A stretch of 63,104 nucleotides of DNA, counting the filler, from Squatina squatina (lineage: Eukaryota), in assembly GCA_031763465.1 (NCBI GenBank). It is 4 parts of 4 records of this genome, joined end to end, with 100 filler letters (N's around TTAATTAATTAA, not from the genome) between each part and the next. Parts side by side here need not be neighbours in the genome. Positions count along the whole stretch, not along the records: positions 12,075 to 37,969 come from JARFOE010000203.1; 3 more parts are not named here. The stretch is one strand, 5' to 3'. Made by a program: the position numbers and the translations under genes. Below, one piece after another: positions 12,816 through 22,656 of this stretch (position 1 is its first letter; the number at the start of each line of letters is the position of its first letter). The notes beneath the pieces were generated by a model that was not told the origin of the DNA, made no database searches, and worked only from the letters and a program-made list of their open reading frames with translations.

Positions 12816-12878
12816 TCAGGCGAGTGAAGCCCGTAGCGGTTTGCTGCTCAAATGTTCCAAGTGTGGAGTTATTTCAAC
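12816..12878 (+). CDS. ADGRB2: ADGRB2 (BAI2) third-intracellular-loop cassette exon, 3' part lost in gap
   Basis: Pyrimidine tract plus TTTCAAG acceptor. Phase-2 translation QASEARSGLLLKCSKCGVIST resembles the BAI-family ICL3 insert (BAI3-type [22 protein letters not shown]). The phase is compatible with the next exon. Confidence 0.85.
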
Positions 12879-12978
12879 NNNNNNNNNNNNNNNNNNNNNN
12901 NNNNNNNNNNNNNNNNNNNNNNNNNNNNNNNNNNNNNNNNNNNNNNNNNNNNNNNNNNNNNNNNNNNNNNNNNNNNNN

Positions 12979-13374
12979 CAACACACTTCACAGATTGTTT
13001 TTGAATTGCAGTCATTGTTATATAAAGAAACATGCCAGCCATGTTTCACACAACAAGGTCACACAAAAGCAAATGAGGTAAATTACCAGTTAAATTTGCT
13101 TTGGTGATGCTGATTGAGGAAGGAATGTTGGCCAGGACACCAGGAGAACTCCCTGCTCTTGAGTGCCATGGGATAGTATATATCCACCTGAGCAGGCAGA
13201 CAGTGCCTCACTTAACATGTTGTTTGAAAGGGAGCACCTCCAACAATGCAGTACTCACACTGTACTGCACTGAGGTGTCAGTCTACATTATGGACTCAAG
13301 CTCCATTGTGGGGTTTCAACCCACGACCTGTTGAATCAACATTGAGAGTTCTACCTACTGAACTAAGCTAACAC
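12979..13374 (-). mobile_element. DeuSINE (SacSINE1-like), old diverged copy
   Basis: Reverse-complement similarity to the copy at 43729-44167 (GGCCAGGACACCAGGAGAACTCCCTGCTCTT and GTACTGCACTG). Confidence 0.75.
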
Positions 13375-13963
13375 TTAGCATACATGGTCAGTTGGTCCCA
13401 GATCCACTGCAGTCTACACTGCACCCTCATCGATGAAACTTGGTACATTTATATTGTTCTTGTGGGATGATACCAGAGGCTGCAGTGTGTAACAGCACTA
13501 TCACAGAACTATTAAGATACATTTGCTGAACTGGAGGAAGTTTTGGAACAAGTCAAATTTCTGAAGTTCATTCGTAAGACTCCAGATTGAAGCTGTGCCG
13601 TATTGGCAGTTTGGTGAGGCGCACACTGCAACAGCTGTGAGCATTGCAGCATAATCTTCGCATTTCTCTTATTTTTAAAATAAACCTGGAAAATTGGGTA
13701 AAGCAGGCGCATTATTGCAGTGGCATTGTTGGGAGACCTGATCTCTGTAAAACACATGCGATTGGCCTGATTTGGCCAAGCTTTAGGGACCTTGGTTTGT
13801 GATTAGAATTAAGAGCTGATGATTAAGTTTAAAAAAAAATATTTAGGCCACAGAATTTGAATCAAACACTTCTAAATTGTGTGCTGGCGACTGTCCACAC
13901 TAGTATATAATTAATCTCACTTACCATTTTAATTAAGGCTGCCATTCTTCTCATTTCTTCTAG

Positions 13964-14135
13964 GGCATCCCTGTGGAGCTCGTGCGTTGTTCTCCCGTTA
14001 CTGGCACTGACCTGGATGTCAGCTGTTCTGGCGATGACTGACAGGCGATCGATTTTGTTTCAAATACTGTTTGCAGTTTTTGACTCTGTTCAAGGCTTTG
14101 TTATTATCACAGTCCACTGCTTCCTGAGGAGAGAG
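13964..14135 (+). CDS. ADGRB2: ADGRB2 (BAI2) exon encoding TM6-TM7
   Basis: TTCTAG acceptor and GAG|GTATGT donor. The 172 nt encode [57 protein letters not shown], unmistakably BAI family. AMTDRRS and HCFLRRE favour ADGRB2, and the downstream COL16A1 exon supports this by synteny. Not present in the ORF track. Confidence 0.93.
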
Positions 14136-14976
14136 GTATGTGCAGCCACACGGTAAACTTCTGCTCGACAAATCAACAGCACTGAGGGAGGACCCGCACT
14201 CATTAGGGGTGTCTATGGTAGAGTGTAACAATGCAAGCAACATTTTGTAAAAGCGCCTATACTGAGGCTACCTGACAGTTCAGCTCTTTGGTGCACCAGC
14301 GTGCCGTGGTTCAAGATGGTGAACAGATATTGGCAGCTGAGATTGTTTATCTCCTGCGAGTGCCTGATCTCAGATGGGGCATGAGTTAGGAGAGGATCTG
14401 AAGCAGGCATGTAGAGAATGGATATCCAGTACCATGGCCAAGTGACCATTCTTCAAACCTGAAGGAGATCAGTGGTGCGAGCATGCCGCACTAACCACAG
14501 TGGAACATCACAGTCGCCTTTTCCTCCCCTGGTGTGTTTGCACGTGCCTTTCCAGGAGGAGTTAATGGGCAGCAGTCAGGAGTGGGAACCCTGGCTGATT
14601 TTACCCTCCATAGCTCAGAGAGTGAGGGAAGTTGGTTACTTAAGGCACCCCTTTTCAGCTCAGGTAACACAACACAGCAGGTACTGAAACCAATAATCTT
14701 GCTGCTCTGTATGACAGACTGAGTACAGACTGGGCGGTGTATTTACCTACAGAAGCAAAATTACCTACTGAGCATGCCAGACATTTCTAATTGTAGCTTC
14801 TACATTCATCAGTGAAACAATAATTCCAAAGAAATTCCAATCATGGATATATTGAAATGCAATACTTTCAGTCTTGGGAATACTGCTGGAGAAGGCTCCC
14901 TGGTGTGAAGGCAATCATGCAAATCTTTCCTTGCATTTGTCCTGTCTTCACTGAAGATCATCACAAAGCAACTTTA

Positions 14977-15123
14977 AACATAGAAACATAGAAAATAGGT
15001 GCAGGAGTAGGCCATTAGGCCCTTCGAGCCTGCACCGCCATTCAATATGATCATGGCTGATCATCCAACTCAGTACCCTGTACCTGCTTTCTCTCCATAC
15101 CCCCTGATCCCTTTAGCCACAAG
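14977..15123 (-). mobile_element. CR1-clade LINE 3' end
   Basis: AAACATAGAAACATAG tail plus GCAGGAGTAGGCCATT..GCCCTTCGAGCCTGC terminal motif. Confidence 0.85.
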
Positions 15124-16050
15124 TTAACATAAAATCGAAGGACTGCTTAAGGAACACTCAGTGGCCCAGCAGACTGTGGATAGAGGGGCGGCAGATTGAC
15201 AAGCAGTCATCCCTGGGCCTGTCTGGCATATCCCCGAATAGTTGGCTCAAGAACACTTCAGTGAAGGCCTCAACTATTTGCTCCTGATTCAGGGAGAGAG
15301 GAGGGACAAGATACCACAGAGATGTAATAGCAAAATCAGAGAGGGAACCGTATAAAGGTGTGTAAGATTGCAAAAGGTACAGAAAAGGTTAAAAGGTTAA
15401 AATTGTTTAAGAAAGAGTTAGATGCTGTGTTGGAAGACATGGGCTTTTCCTCAATGGATGAGCTAGAGTAAACAATACAGCCATTCTCGTCCATATCCAT
15501 CTTGTGATCAATGGGATTTTCAGGGTGATATGAACTTTGCATCAATATACTGCGTTGGCAAAAAGGATTGCATTAAAAGTATGGACATCACCATAGATTT
15601 GACTTCAATTCATCATCACTGTCACTCCCACTGACATCAGGCTAGAAGACTCACTCACATTTATTGCGTTACAGAATTTAAATCAACTTTCAGGGCCACA
15701 AGGAAAAGCTGAACTTATCCATTTATTTAAAAGCCAATGACCTGTTCCCGTTCTTGTAAAATACCATCCTCATCTTTGCAGAAAGTTGGACGGATTGTCC
15801 CATCAATGTTACTTAAGAATATAAGAAATAGGAGCAGCAGTAAGCCATGCAATCCATCGAGCCTCCTCTGCCATTCAATAAGATCATGATTGAACGTCTA
15901 CATTACGTTGTTGCTCTGAATCCGACTGTGAGGAGAGTTAGCTCAGTGATNNNNNNNNNNNNNNNNNNNNNNNNNNNNNNNNNNNNNNNNNNNNNNNNNN
16001 NNNNNNNNNNNNNNNNNNNNNNNNNNNNNNNNNNNNNNNNNNNNNNNNNN

Positions 16051-16220
16051 GGAGTTAGATATAGTTTTTATGGCTAAAGAGATCAAAGAATATGTGGAAA
16101 AAGCAGGAACAGGGTACTGAGTTTGGTTGATCAGCCATGATCATACTGAATGGCGGAGCAGGCTCGAAGGGTCGAATGGCCTACTCCTGCTCTTATTTTC
16201 TATGTTTCTGTGTTTCTATC
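16051..16220 (+). mobile_element. CR1-clade LINE 3' end
   Basis: GATCAGCCATGATCAT..GAATGGCGGAGCAGGCTCGAAGGG..GAATGGCCTACTCCTGCTC followed by a TTTCTATG-type tail. Confidence 0.85.
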
Positions 16221-16638
16221 TGCACGTAATTAACATTGCAAACCTATCGGTTACAGCTCAGTAATAATGAACAGTCCATGCAGATAGGCACAACAAATGT
16301 GCCAAGAATAAAAGACCCAAGCGGAAATCTAGCAAATGGGAGCCCAAGCTGATTAGAGGTGAATTGATGAACTGTCAGTCTTGTGGAGAGGAACACCCTA
16401 AGGACAACGCTCAGTCTCTGGCAGTCAGTGTGATGTTCACCTAATTGATTAATTCACTAAGGCTAATCTGGTTATTGGGAACGATTCATTTATGGCATTT
16501 GTTAGAAAGCAGGTAAATTTGTATTCAATATTGAAACATCTGTCCAACTTGATTCTCAATTGCTCCAGAATAACCTTGAGATCAATTGTTTCAACAACTT
16601 TTGTGTTAACTAATTTCATTTGTTTGTTACTTTCACAG

Positions 16639-16674
16639 AGGAAAAGATTGAGGTACTCCGATCTTGATGTTGAG
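16639..16674 (+). CDS. ADGRB2: ADGRB2 36-nt cytoplasmic-tail exon
   Basis: TTTCACAG acceptor and GAG|GTACGC donor. Encodes RKRLRYSDLDVE (human BAI2 RKKLRYSDLDFE; BAI1 and BAI3 have RKSRY). Confidence 0.9.
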
Positions 16675-16829
16675 GTACGCATTATCATAAATTAACTGCA
16701 ATAGGAAAATAATAATGTTACCGCTCTTTAGGCAAGAGCGTCCTGAGTTATTCTGAGACTGTACAGAATAGAGAATTTAAATTCAGTATCAAAAAAAATC
16801 TGATATTTGTAAAAGTGACAAGAAACTGC

Positions 16830-16960
16830 CAACTGGTTCACGAATGTCTTTTAGGTTAGGAAACCTGCTGTCCTTATCCAGTCTGGCCTATATGTGGCTC
16901 CAGTTCCACACCAAAGTGATTGACTCTTAACTGCCCTTTGAAGTAGCTGAGCAAACCACT
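16830..16960 (+). mobile_element. SINE fragment, Meta-domain/MER131-like
   Basis: AACTGGTTCACGAATGTC..AGGAAACCTGCTGTCCTTA..GTCTGGCCTATATGTG..TTGACTCTTAACTGCCCT resembles the MetaSINE central domain as I recall it. Confidence 0.55.
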
Positions 16961-17566
16961 NNNNNNNNNNNNNNNNNNNNNNNNNNNNNNNNNNNNNNNN
17001 NNNNNNNNNNNNNNNNNNNNNNNNNNNNNNNNNNNNNNNNNNNNNNNNNNNNNNNNNNNNCTCGCCTTGGAAAAAAAAGTTGTGTATTTTGCAACGTTGC
17101 GGCGCCTACGAACGGAGGCGCTGCTCACCTGAAATCTTTGGACGCTGGCCCTCCGCAGAGGCATGAGGGAATTTCACTCCCCAGGTGTCTGCAACAAACA
17201 GAATTTGCTGATTAGTTTAGCAGTTAGTTTCCTTGATTTGTCAACAAGTGTAAATACTGCCATTTCCTGACAAATCCGACCAAGTTATTGATTGATTTTA
17301 GGATTTTGTCAACAAAGTAAATCAGCCTCTGCAATTAGAGTGAGCAAACTCGTTAGTATCAGAAAGTGATGCAATTGATCGCACTACCTCTAGGCTAGGG
17401 AGCAGAAGAAATTAGCCAGACTTGCTATTCCTGAACAGGAACCCTGTCCCAACAAGAGTCAGCACCTTCAGGGAAAAGTGGGCAAAATTGGACAAGACCT
17501 CAGTGTTGTTAGGCTCCTGTGAAATGCACCAATAGAGAGACTGAGTTAGAAACCTTCTGTCCACAG

Positions 17567-17734
17567 GAGCAAACTACACCCGTGGAGCAATCGTGGGACA
17601 ACTTCAAGACCACACCGCCCAGCACGCTCCATTCAGACACCCAGGAAAACTTAGAACTGCATTCTCCAGACTGGGAAACATCTGCCACAATCCCTCCGGA
17701 TACATCTGAAGGAGACTTTCAAACTGAAGTTTAA
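17567..17734 (+). CDS. ADGRB2: ADGRB2 terminal coding exon with PDZ-binding motif
   Basis: CCTTCTGTCCACAG acceptor. Encodes EQTTPVEQSWDNFK...DTSEGDFQTEV*. GDFQTEV is the BAI2/BAI3 C-terminal class I PDZ ligand. Confidence 0.92.
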   Translation, partial: EQTTPVEQSWDNFKTTPPSTLHSDTQENLELHSPDWETSATIPPDTSEGDFQTEV

Positions 17735-18203
17735 ATTCAAGTCAATCACNNNNNNNNNNAAAAACAGAAACAACACACTTGAAATATATATTTTCACACT
17801 GATGCTTTGAGAAGAATTTTTTTGTGTGTTGAATTCCTGAATATTCTTTGAATTGATGTGAACAGATCATCATCTCTCAATCGGAAAAGTGGAATTCTCC
17901 TGCACTATGTACTTATTTTCAACTTTCTCACTGCGACTGATAGGTGAGAATGCAAGACACATGAATCTGTGAAACTACATCCCAGATCTACAGACACAAG
18001 ACTCTACTTCCCATATGATATTCTTTCGATGTGCGTGTGTGAAACCCACAACCGAGGCGAAAAGGATTCAGGCACTAAATCTCGAGTTGGCAAAAAAAAA
18101 CTCNNNNNNNNNNNNNNNNNNNNNNNNNNNNNNNNNNNNNNNNNNNNNNNNNNNNNNNNNNNNNNNNNNNNNNNNNNNNNNNNNNNNNNNNNNNNNNNNN
18201 NNN

Positions 18204-18343
18204 CTCCGAATCTCCAACTCGGGGTGGGGGGGCGCTGGAGACCGCAAGGTCGCGTGGATCCAGGACCCTTAGGTAAGTTCGTAACTTTTTTAGCAATTGG
18301 AGGCACCCGCACACAGGAAGCCTCCAATTGCAATTTCAGGCCC
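18204..18343. mobile_element. MITE-like DNA element right end (terminus ...CAATTTCAGGCCC) inside the probable ADGRB2 3'UTR
   Basis: 18270-18343 is the reverse complement of 35007-35080. It contains an internal 12-bp inverted repeat GCAATTGGAGGC/GCCTCCAATTGC. Confidence 0.7.
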
Positions 18344-18691
18344 ACTATGATTCTATATTATTATACAGGTGTATCATGACTGCCTGGTTTTCTGTCAGTA
18401 TTGCGAATTAAGTCAGGCTCGGTGAAATTGCCTGAGAATCACTCTCAGCTGCCATCCTTGCTGAACTCGACCAGAGAAAGAACTCACGGTGAGAGCGCAG
18501 TGTTAAACACGGGCTCGGGCCGAGTATCAATTCGATATTGGAATGTTATATTCCCCTTCAACCAGCCGAGCGAGAGGACGAGGTGCCTCACTGAGGTTGT
18601 CCTCACTGAGCTTTACTGTCAGATTGTAATTAATGTATCACTCATGCGCCAAGCAGTATTTTATACTTGTATCAGAATTGCTATACACTGC

Positions 18692-18697
18692 AAATAA
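18692..18697 (+). promoter_or_regulatory. Probable ADGRB2 polyadenylation signal
   Basis: AATAAA about 960 nt after the stop codon, ending a TGTA-rich 3'UTR-like stretch. Confidence 0.6.
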
Positions 18698-18999
18698 AAG
18701 CAGCCAATTTGCAAATCTGTGTCCCAGAGCCCACTTAATCATTGCTCAACCATTCAATTTAAACAGTAACAGAGGACACGGAGCACAAATACTCTCACAC
18801 AGCTGATTAGAATTCTAAAGCCGGCTGCTATCTGTAGATGATATTTGACAGTAGATTGGATACAGGCCGTGTGCTCAGAATACTTAACAAACTTAACCTA
18901 ATCCTTCCCAGACCTCAGTCAGTCCAGAGGGCAGCAATAAAGTATTAGCATGTACGAAGACTTGCAATTACAATAATGTAGGAAAACATTACACGTATG

Positions 19000-19160
19000 T
19001 ATTTAAAGGAAAGTTAGATAGCTACATGAGGGAGAAAGGAACAGAAAGATACGCAGATAGGGTGAGATAAAGTTAGACGAGGCTCGTGTGGAGCGTAAAC
19101 AGCTGCACAGGCCTGTTGGGCCGAATGGCCTGTTTCTGTGCTGCAAATTCTATGTAACTC
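19000..19160 (+). mobile_element. CR1-clade LINE 3' fragment
   Basis: TTTAAAGGAAAGTTAGATAGCTACATGAGGGAGAAAGGA...GGGCCGAATGGCCTGTTTCTGTGCTG. Confidence 0.7.
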
Positions 19161-21764
19161 CATGTCACATCCCAAGGAGGTTTATAGCAGGAGAGGACTG
19201 GAGACCACTGGCGTTGAAGGAGAAACAGGCGGCAGTGGGTTGGCTGCCTGTTTTACACCCCGCCAGACTTTTGTTTCCTCACTGACGGCCCCTGTGATGC
19301 CAGCAGCGGCCCGATCGTCAATGCTGCCTTGCCGGCAAACTGCCTGCTACTCTCCAGAGCTCGCTGGCTCGACGGAAGTGAGCCCGAGCCCCAATGTCGG
19401 GGGCACCTCGGACTTCACCATTCAGGTGCAGGGAAATCCCTGAACCGCATCCCCCCAAACCCCCAACCCCCCACGCCCACAAAAATGGGTGTGCCCAAAG
19501 TTCGAGGCCAGCATGNNNNNNNNNNNNNNNNNNNNNNNNNNNNNNNNNNNNNNNNNNNNNNNNNNNNNNNNNNNNNNNNNNNNNNNNNNNNNNNNNNNNN
19601 NNNNNNNNNNNNNNNGAATGGAGTTTTAAGCAACATGTCACTTAGCCGCTCAAAATTATTCTTCAAAGCTGAACACCTCCCGTCAAACTGTTTGCAGTGT
19701 TGTGCTTGGCTCAGCATTTTACACAGATTGCTTTGAAAGAAAAAAAAATGACCAATTTGTAATGTCTCTGCCTGAGTCCATTTAATCACTGAAGCTGCCA
19801 GTCAATCTGGACTCAAACAATAGGGGATCTTTTACAAGGAGCTGTTAGTGTCACATTGAGTGAGCTGTCCTGTGCTCACACAACTCAGTGCCGAGCAAGG
19901 AAAGCACAAAGAATTGGCAACCATTTTATAGCGTGACCAAGAGTTCTATACAATGGAAATGAATGTGAAGGGTTTGATTGATAAAATTTGCTGTATAAAA
20001 AAGGCCTGAACACAAAGGGTACAGGTCTACCAGAGCTCTGCACAGGAAGAGTCCTGTTTAAGCAGCAAACGCCTCAGTAATGCTCGCACCAACTGGGAAG
20101 ATCAAAGTTGGCCTCAAATGATTGATTTTGAGATGGTCAATTTTGAACCTTTTCTTTTGAAAAGGCAGCAACCTCCATTGTTCCCTTCCCTCAGTGAATA
20201 CTCCGGTGCTGTGTTCGTGTCTCTTGGTCATTCTCCTCCTTCATTTCCGTCTATTACTGCCTGCCTCTCTCAGTTCTAATTTTTCACCTTCCTTTTCCTC
20301 TGTTGTCTCTGACTCGCTGGGGCGACTTTCAACGGTCCTTGCCTGAATGATGGGCAAGTGGCAGAGAAACATCTGCTGGAGAACTTGGACAGCCATTTTC
20401 AGGCAGGCCTTTAAATGGAGGCCCCGCACTCCCACCCAGAACAGGTTGGGAGGTTGTTTAAATATGTAGGTTGTGGTCCTCCGGCGTTTGTGGGACCCTG
20501 CTTGCAATTTTCATTGACAAATGGGATAAGTGTGAAAGGAGCTTGCCGGTCCCACTTTCTCCACGTGTTGAGANNNNNNNNNNNNNNNNNNNNNNNNNNN
20601 NNNNNNNNNNNNNNNNNNNNNNNNNNNNNNNNNNNNNNNNNNNNNNNNNNNNNNNNNNNNNNNNNNNNNNNNNGAGAAACAGAGTTAGCGACATTCTTCA
20701 TTGGTTACGCTATTTAACAGTGAAGGGCATCACAGCTGAACCCAATTGTCTGATATCAACAGCCACACACCTTATGGAAGGAGTCATTGGACAGTGGTCG
20801 GGTGGAGGGAATTCTTTCACTTTCTAGGGTGAGGGCAAATTTATCATTAGCACTGCAGCCCCGGATGAGATCAGTTGGTCCAGTACAGAATTGATATTTA
20901 AAGCTCTTCTCACCGTGTGGAGCTCCCACACCAACACTTGATGCCTTGTACTAAATCACTCAGAGAGCTTTTCAGCACAGTATCAAGCTGATCAACATAA
21001 ACCATCGAAGGATTGTGTCATGTACGTGGGCCGAGGGATTTAGTACGAGCTGGTGGACCGTTCATATGGGAACAGTATCGGTTGGGAAATGAACCACAGA
21101 GGCCCTCTCAGAGCCTTGAAAAATTCTTCTTGAAAAGTCGGCTGACTTTCTCTTGCACTTCATTTAAGACCTGGTTTGATAAAGACTCCATGTCGATTTT
21201 TGTAATTCAGTCTCACAGATTGAGATAGTTGCTCAATTTGACTCATTAAGACACTGACACATCTCTGCGTGAGTTATGGTATTTAATCAAGTTTCTGTAC
21301 TCTGTGAGATAAGCAGCAGGAATATGCTTTGGCCAAACATTAAATCATTCCACATGACTGCTCTTATCTCGATGATTAAATAAGCACCTAATCTTCTTTT
21401 TGTTAATTTTGTAATCCCTGACATTGATTTGACATTTGCATAATATCACGATCATCTGCCGAGTCCTATCTGCAAGGAAGGGACTTTTATGCAAATTAAC
21501 AACTGAGGCAATATTTTCTGTGGCACCACTTTCTAAAAGTGAAAGCATTGACTGCAGTGCTCAAGTCAGTCTGTATCCTCAGAGATATGGATGGACATTA
21601 TTTTCAAAATTGATGCATATTCTGAAGACTACAAAACCCTTTTTATCTAAAATGTCTGTGTACTGGATAAGGACCATATCAAACAGTATTGTCCTCCATG
21701 GATGTATTTATCCTGTAACTGTCATGTCAGTGTAAAGACACTTGAATTACCCTAGCTCTGCATT

Positions 21765-22160
21765 TGGCTCAGTGGTTAACAACTTGCCTCTGAGTCAGAA
21801 AGTTATGGGTTTGAGCCCCACTCCAGAGACTGGAGCACAAAATCAAGGCAAACACTCCAGTGCAATACTAAGGGAGCACTGCACTGTCTGATGTGCCATC
21901 TTTCAGTTGAGACATCTGCCCTCTCAGGTGGACATAAAAGATCCCATGGCACTATCTCAAAGAAGAGCAGGGGTTTTCTCCCTGAACCACCACCACTAGT
22001 ACAGAGTGCTGTCTGTGGGAGCTTGCTGTGCACAAATTGGCTGCTGTGCTTCCTGCATTACAACAGTGACTACACTCAAAAAAGTACCTAATTGGCTGTA
22101 AACTGCTTTGAGACATCTGGTGGTTGTGAAAGGCGCTACAGAAATGCAATTCTTTTTTTC
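21765..22160 (+). mobile_element. DeuSINE (SacSINE1-like), near full length with internal deletions
   Basis: tRNA-like head GGCTCAGTGGT..GCCTCTGAGTCAGAA, Deu core AAAAGATCCCATGGCACTAT, and tail TGAAAGGCGCTA. Confidence 0.85.
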
Positions 22161-22656
22161 TATCAAAACCCGTCATATTGTTCATCTCTTTCACAAGGTA
22201 GTAAAAACCTAGTTCATCCACCCATTTCAAAGCAAACAGCAACCAATTATGAAGCACCTTGGGATGGCTTATGTTAAAGCAGCAATATAAATACATGTTG
22301 CTGTTAGTACAGCGGCCTTAAAGTGGAAAATGCCCAAAGGCGCTTTATGGAGGAGAAACAGGCTTTGAGCGCCAGTGAACGAGTGAGCAGGATGACCAAA
22401 AACAAAGGAGCAGCCAGGAGACGGAGAGGAATTCCAGAGAGTAGGATTGAGGCAGCTGGAAGCTTTACCACACGTGGTGGATTGGAGGTAGATAGGAACA
22501 GGAGGAGGCCATTGAGTTAGATCAGGGCTGATCAGTGCCTCACCTCCATTTTGTAANNNNNNNNNNNNNNNNNNNNNNNNNNNNNNNNNNNNNNNNNNNN
22601 NNNNNNNNNNNNNNNNNNNNNNNNNNNNNNNNNNNNNNNNNNNNNNNNNNNNNNNN

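Noticed and set aside
14019-14243. Minus-strand 74-aa ORF
   Set aside because: It is the antisense shadow of the ADGRB2 TM6-7 exon.
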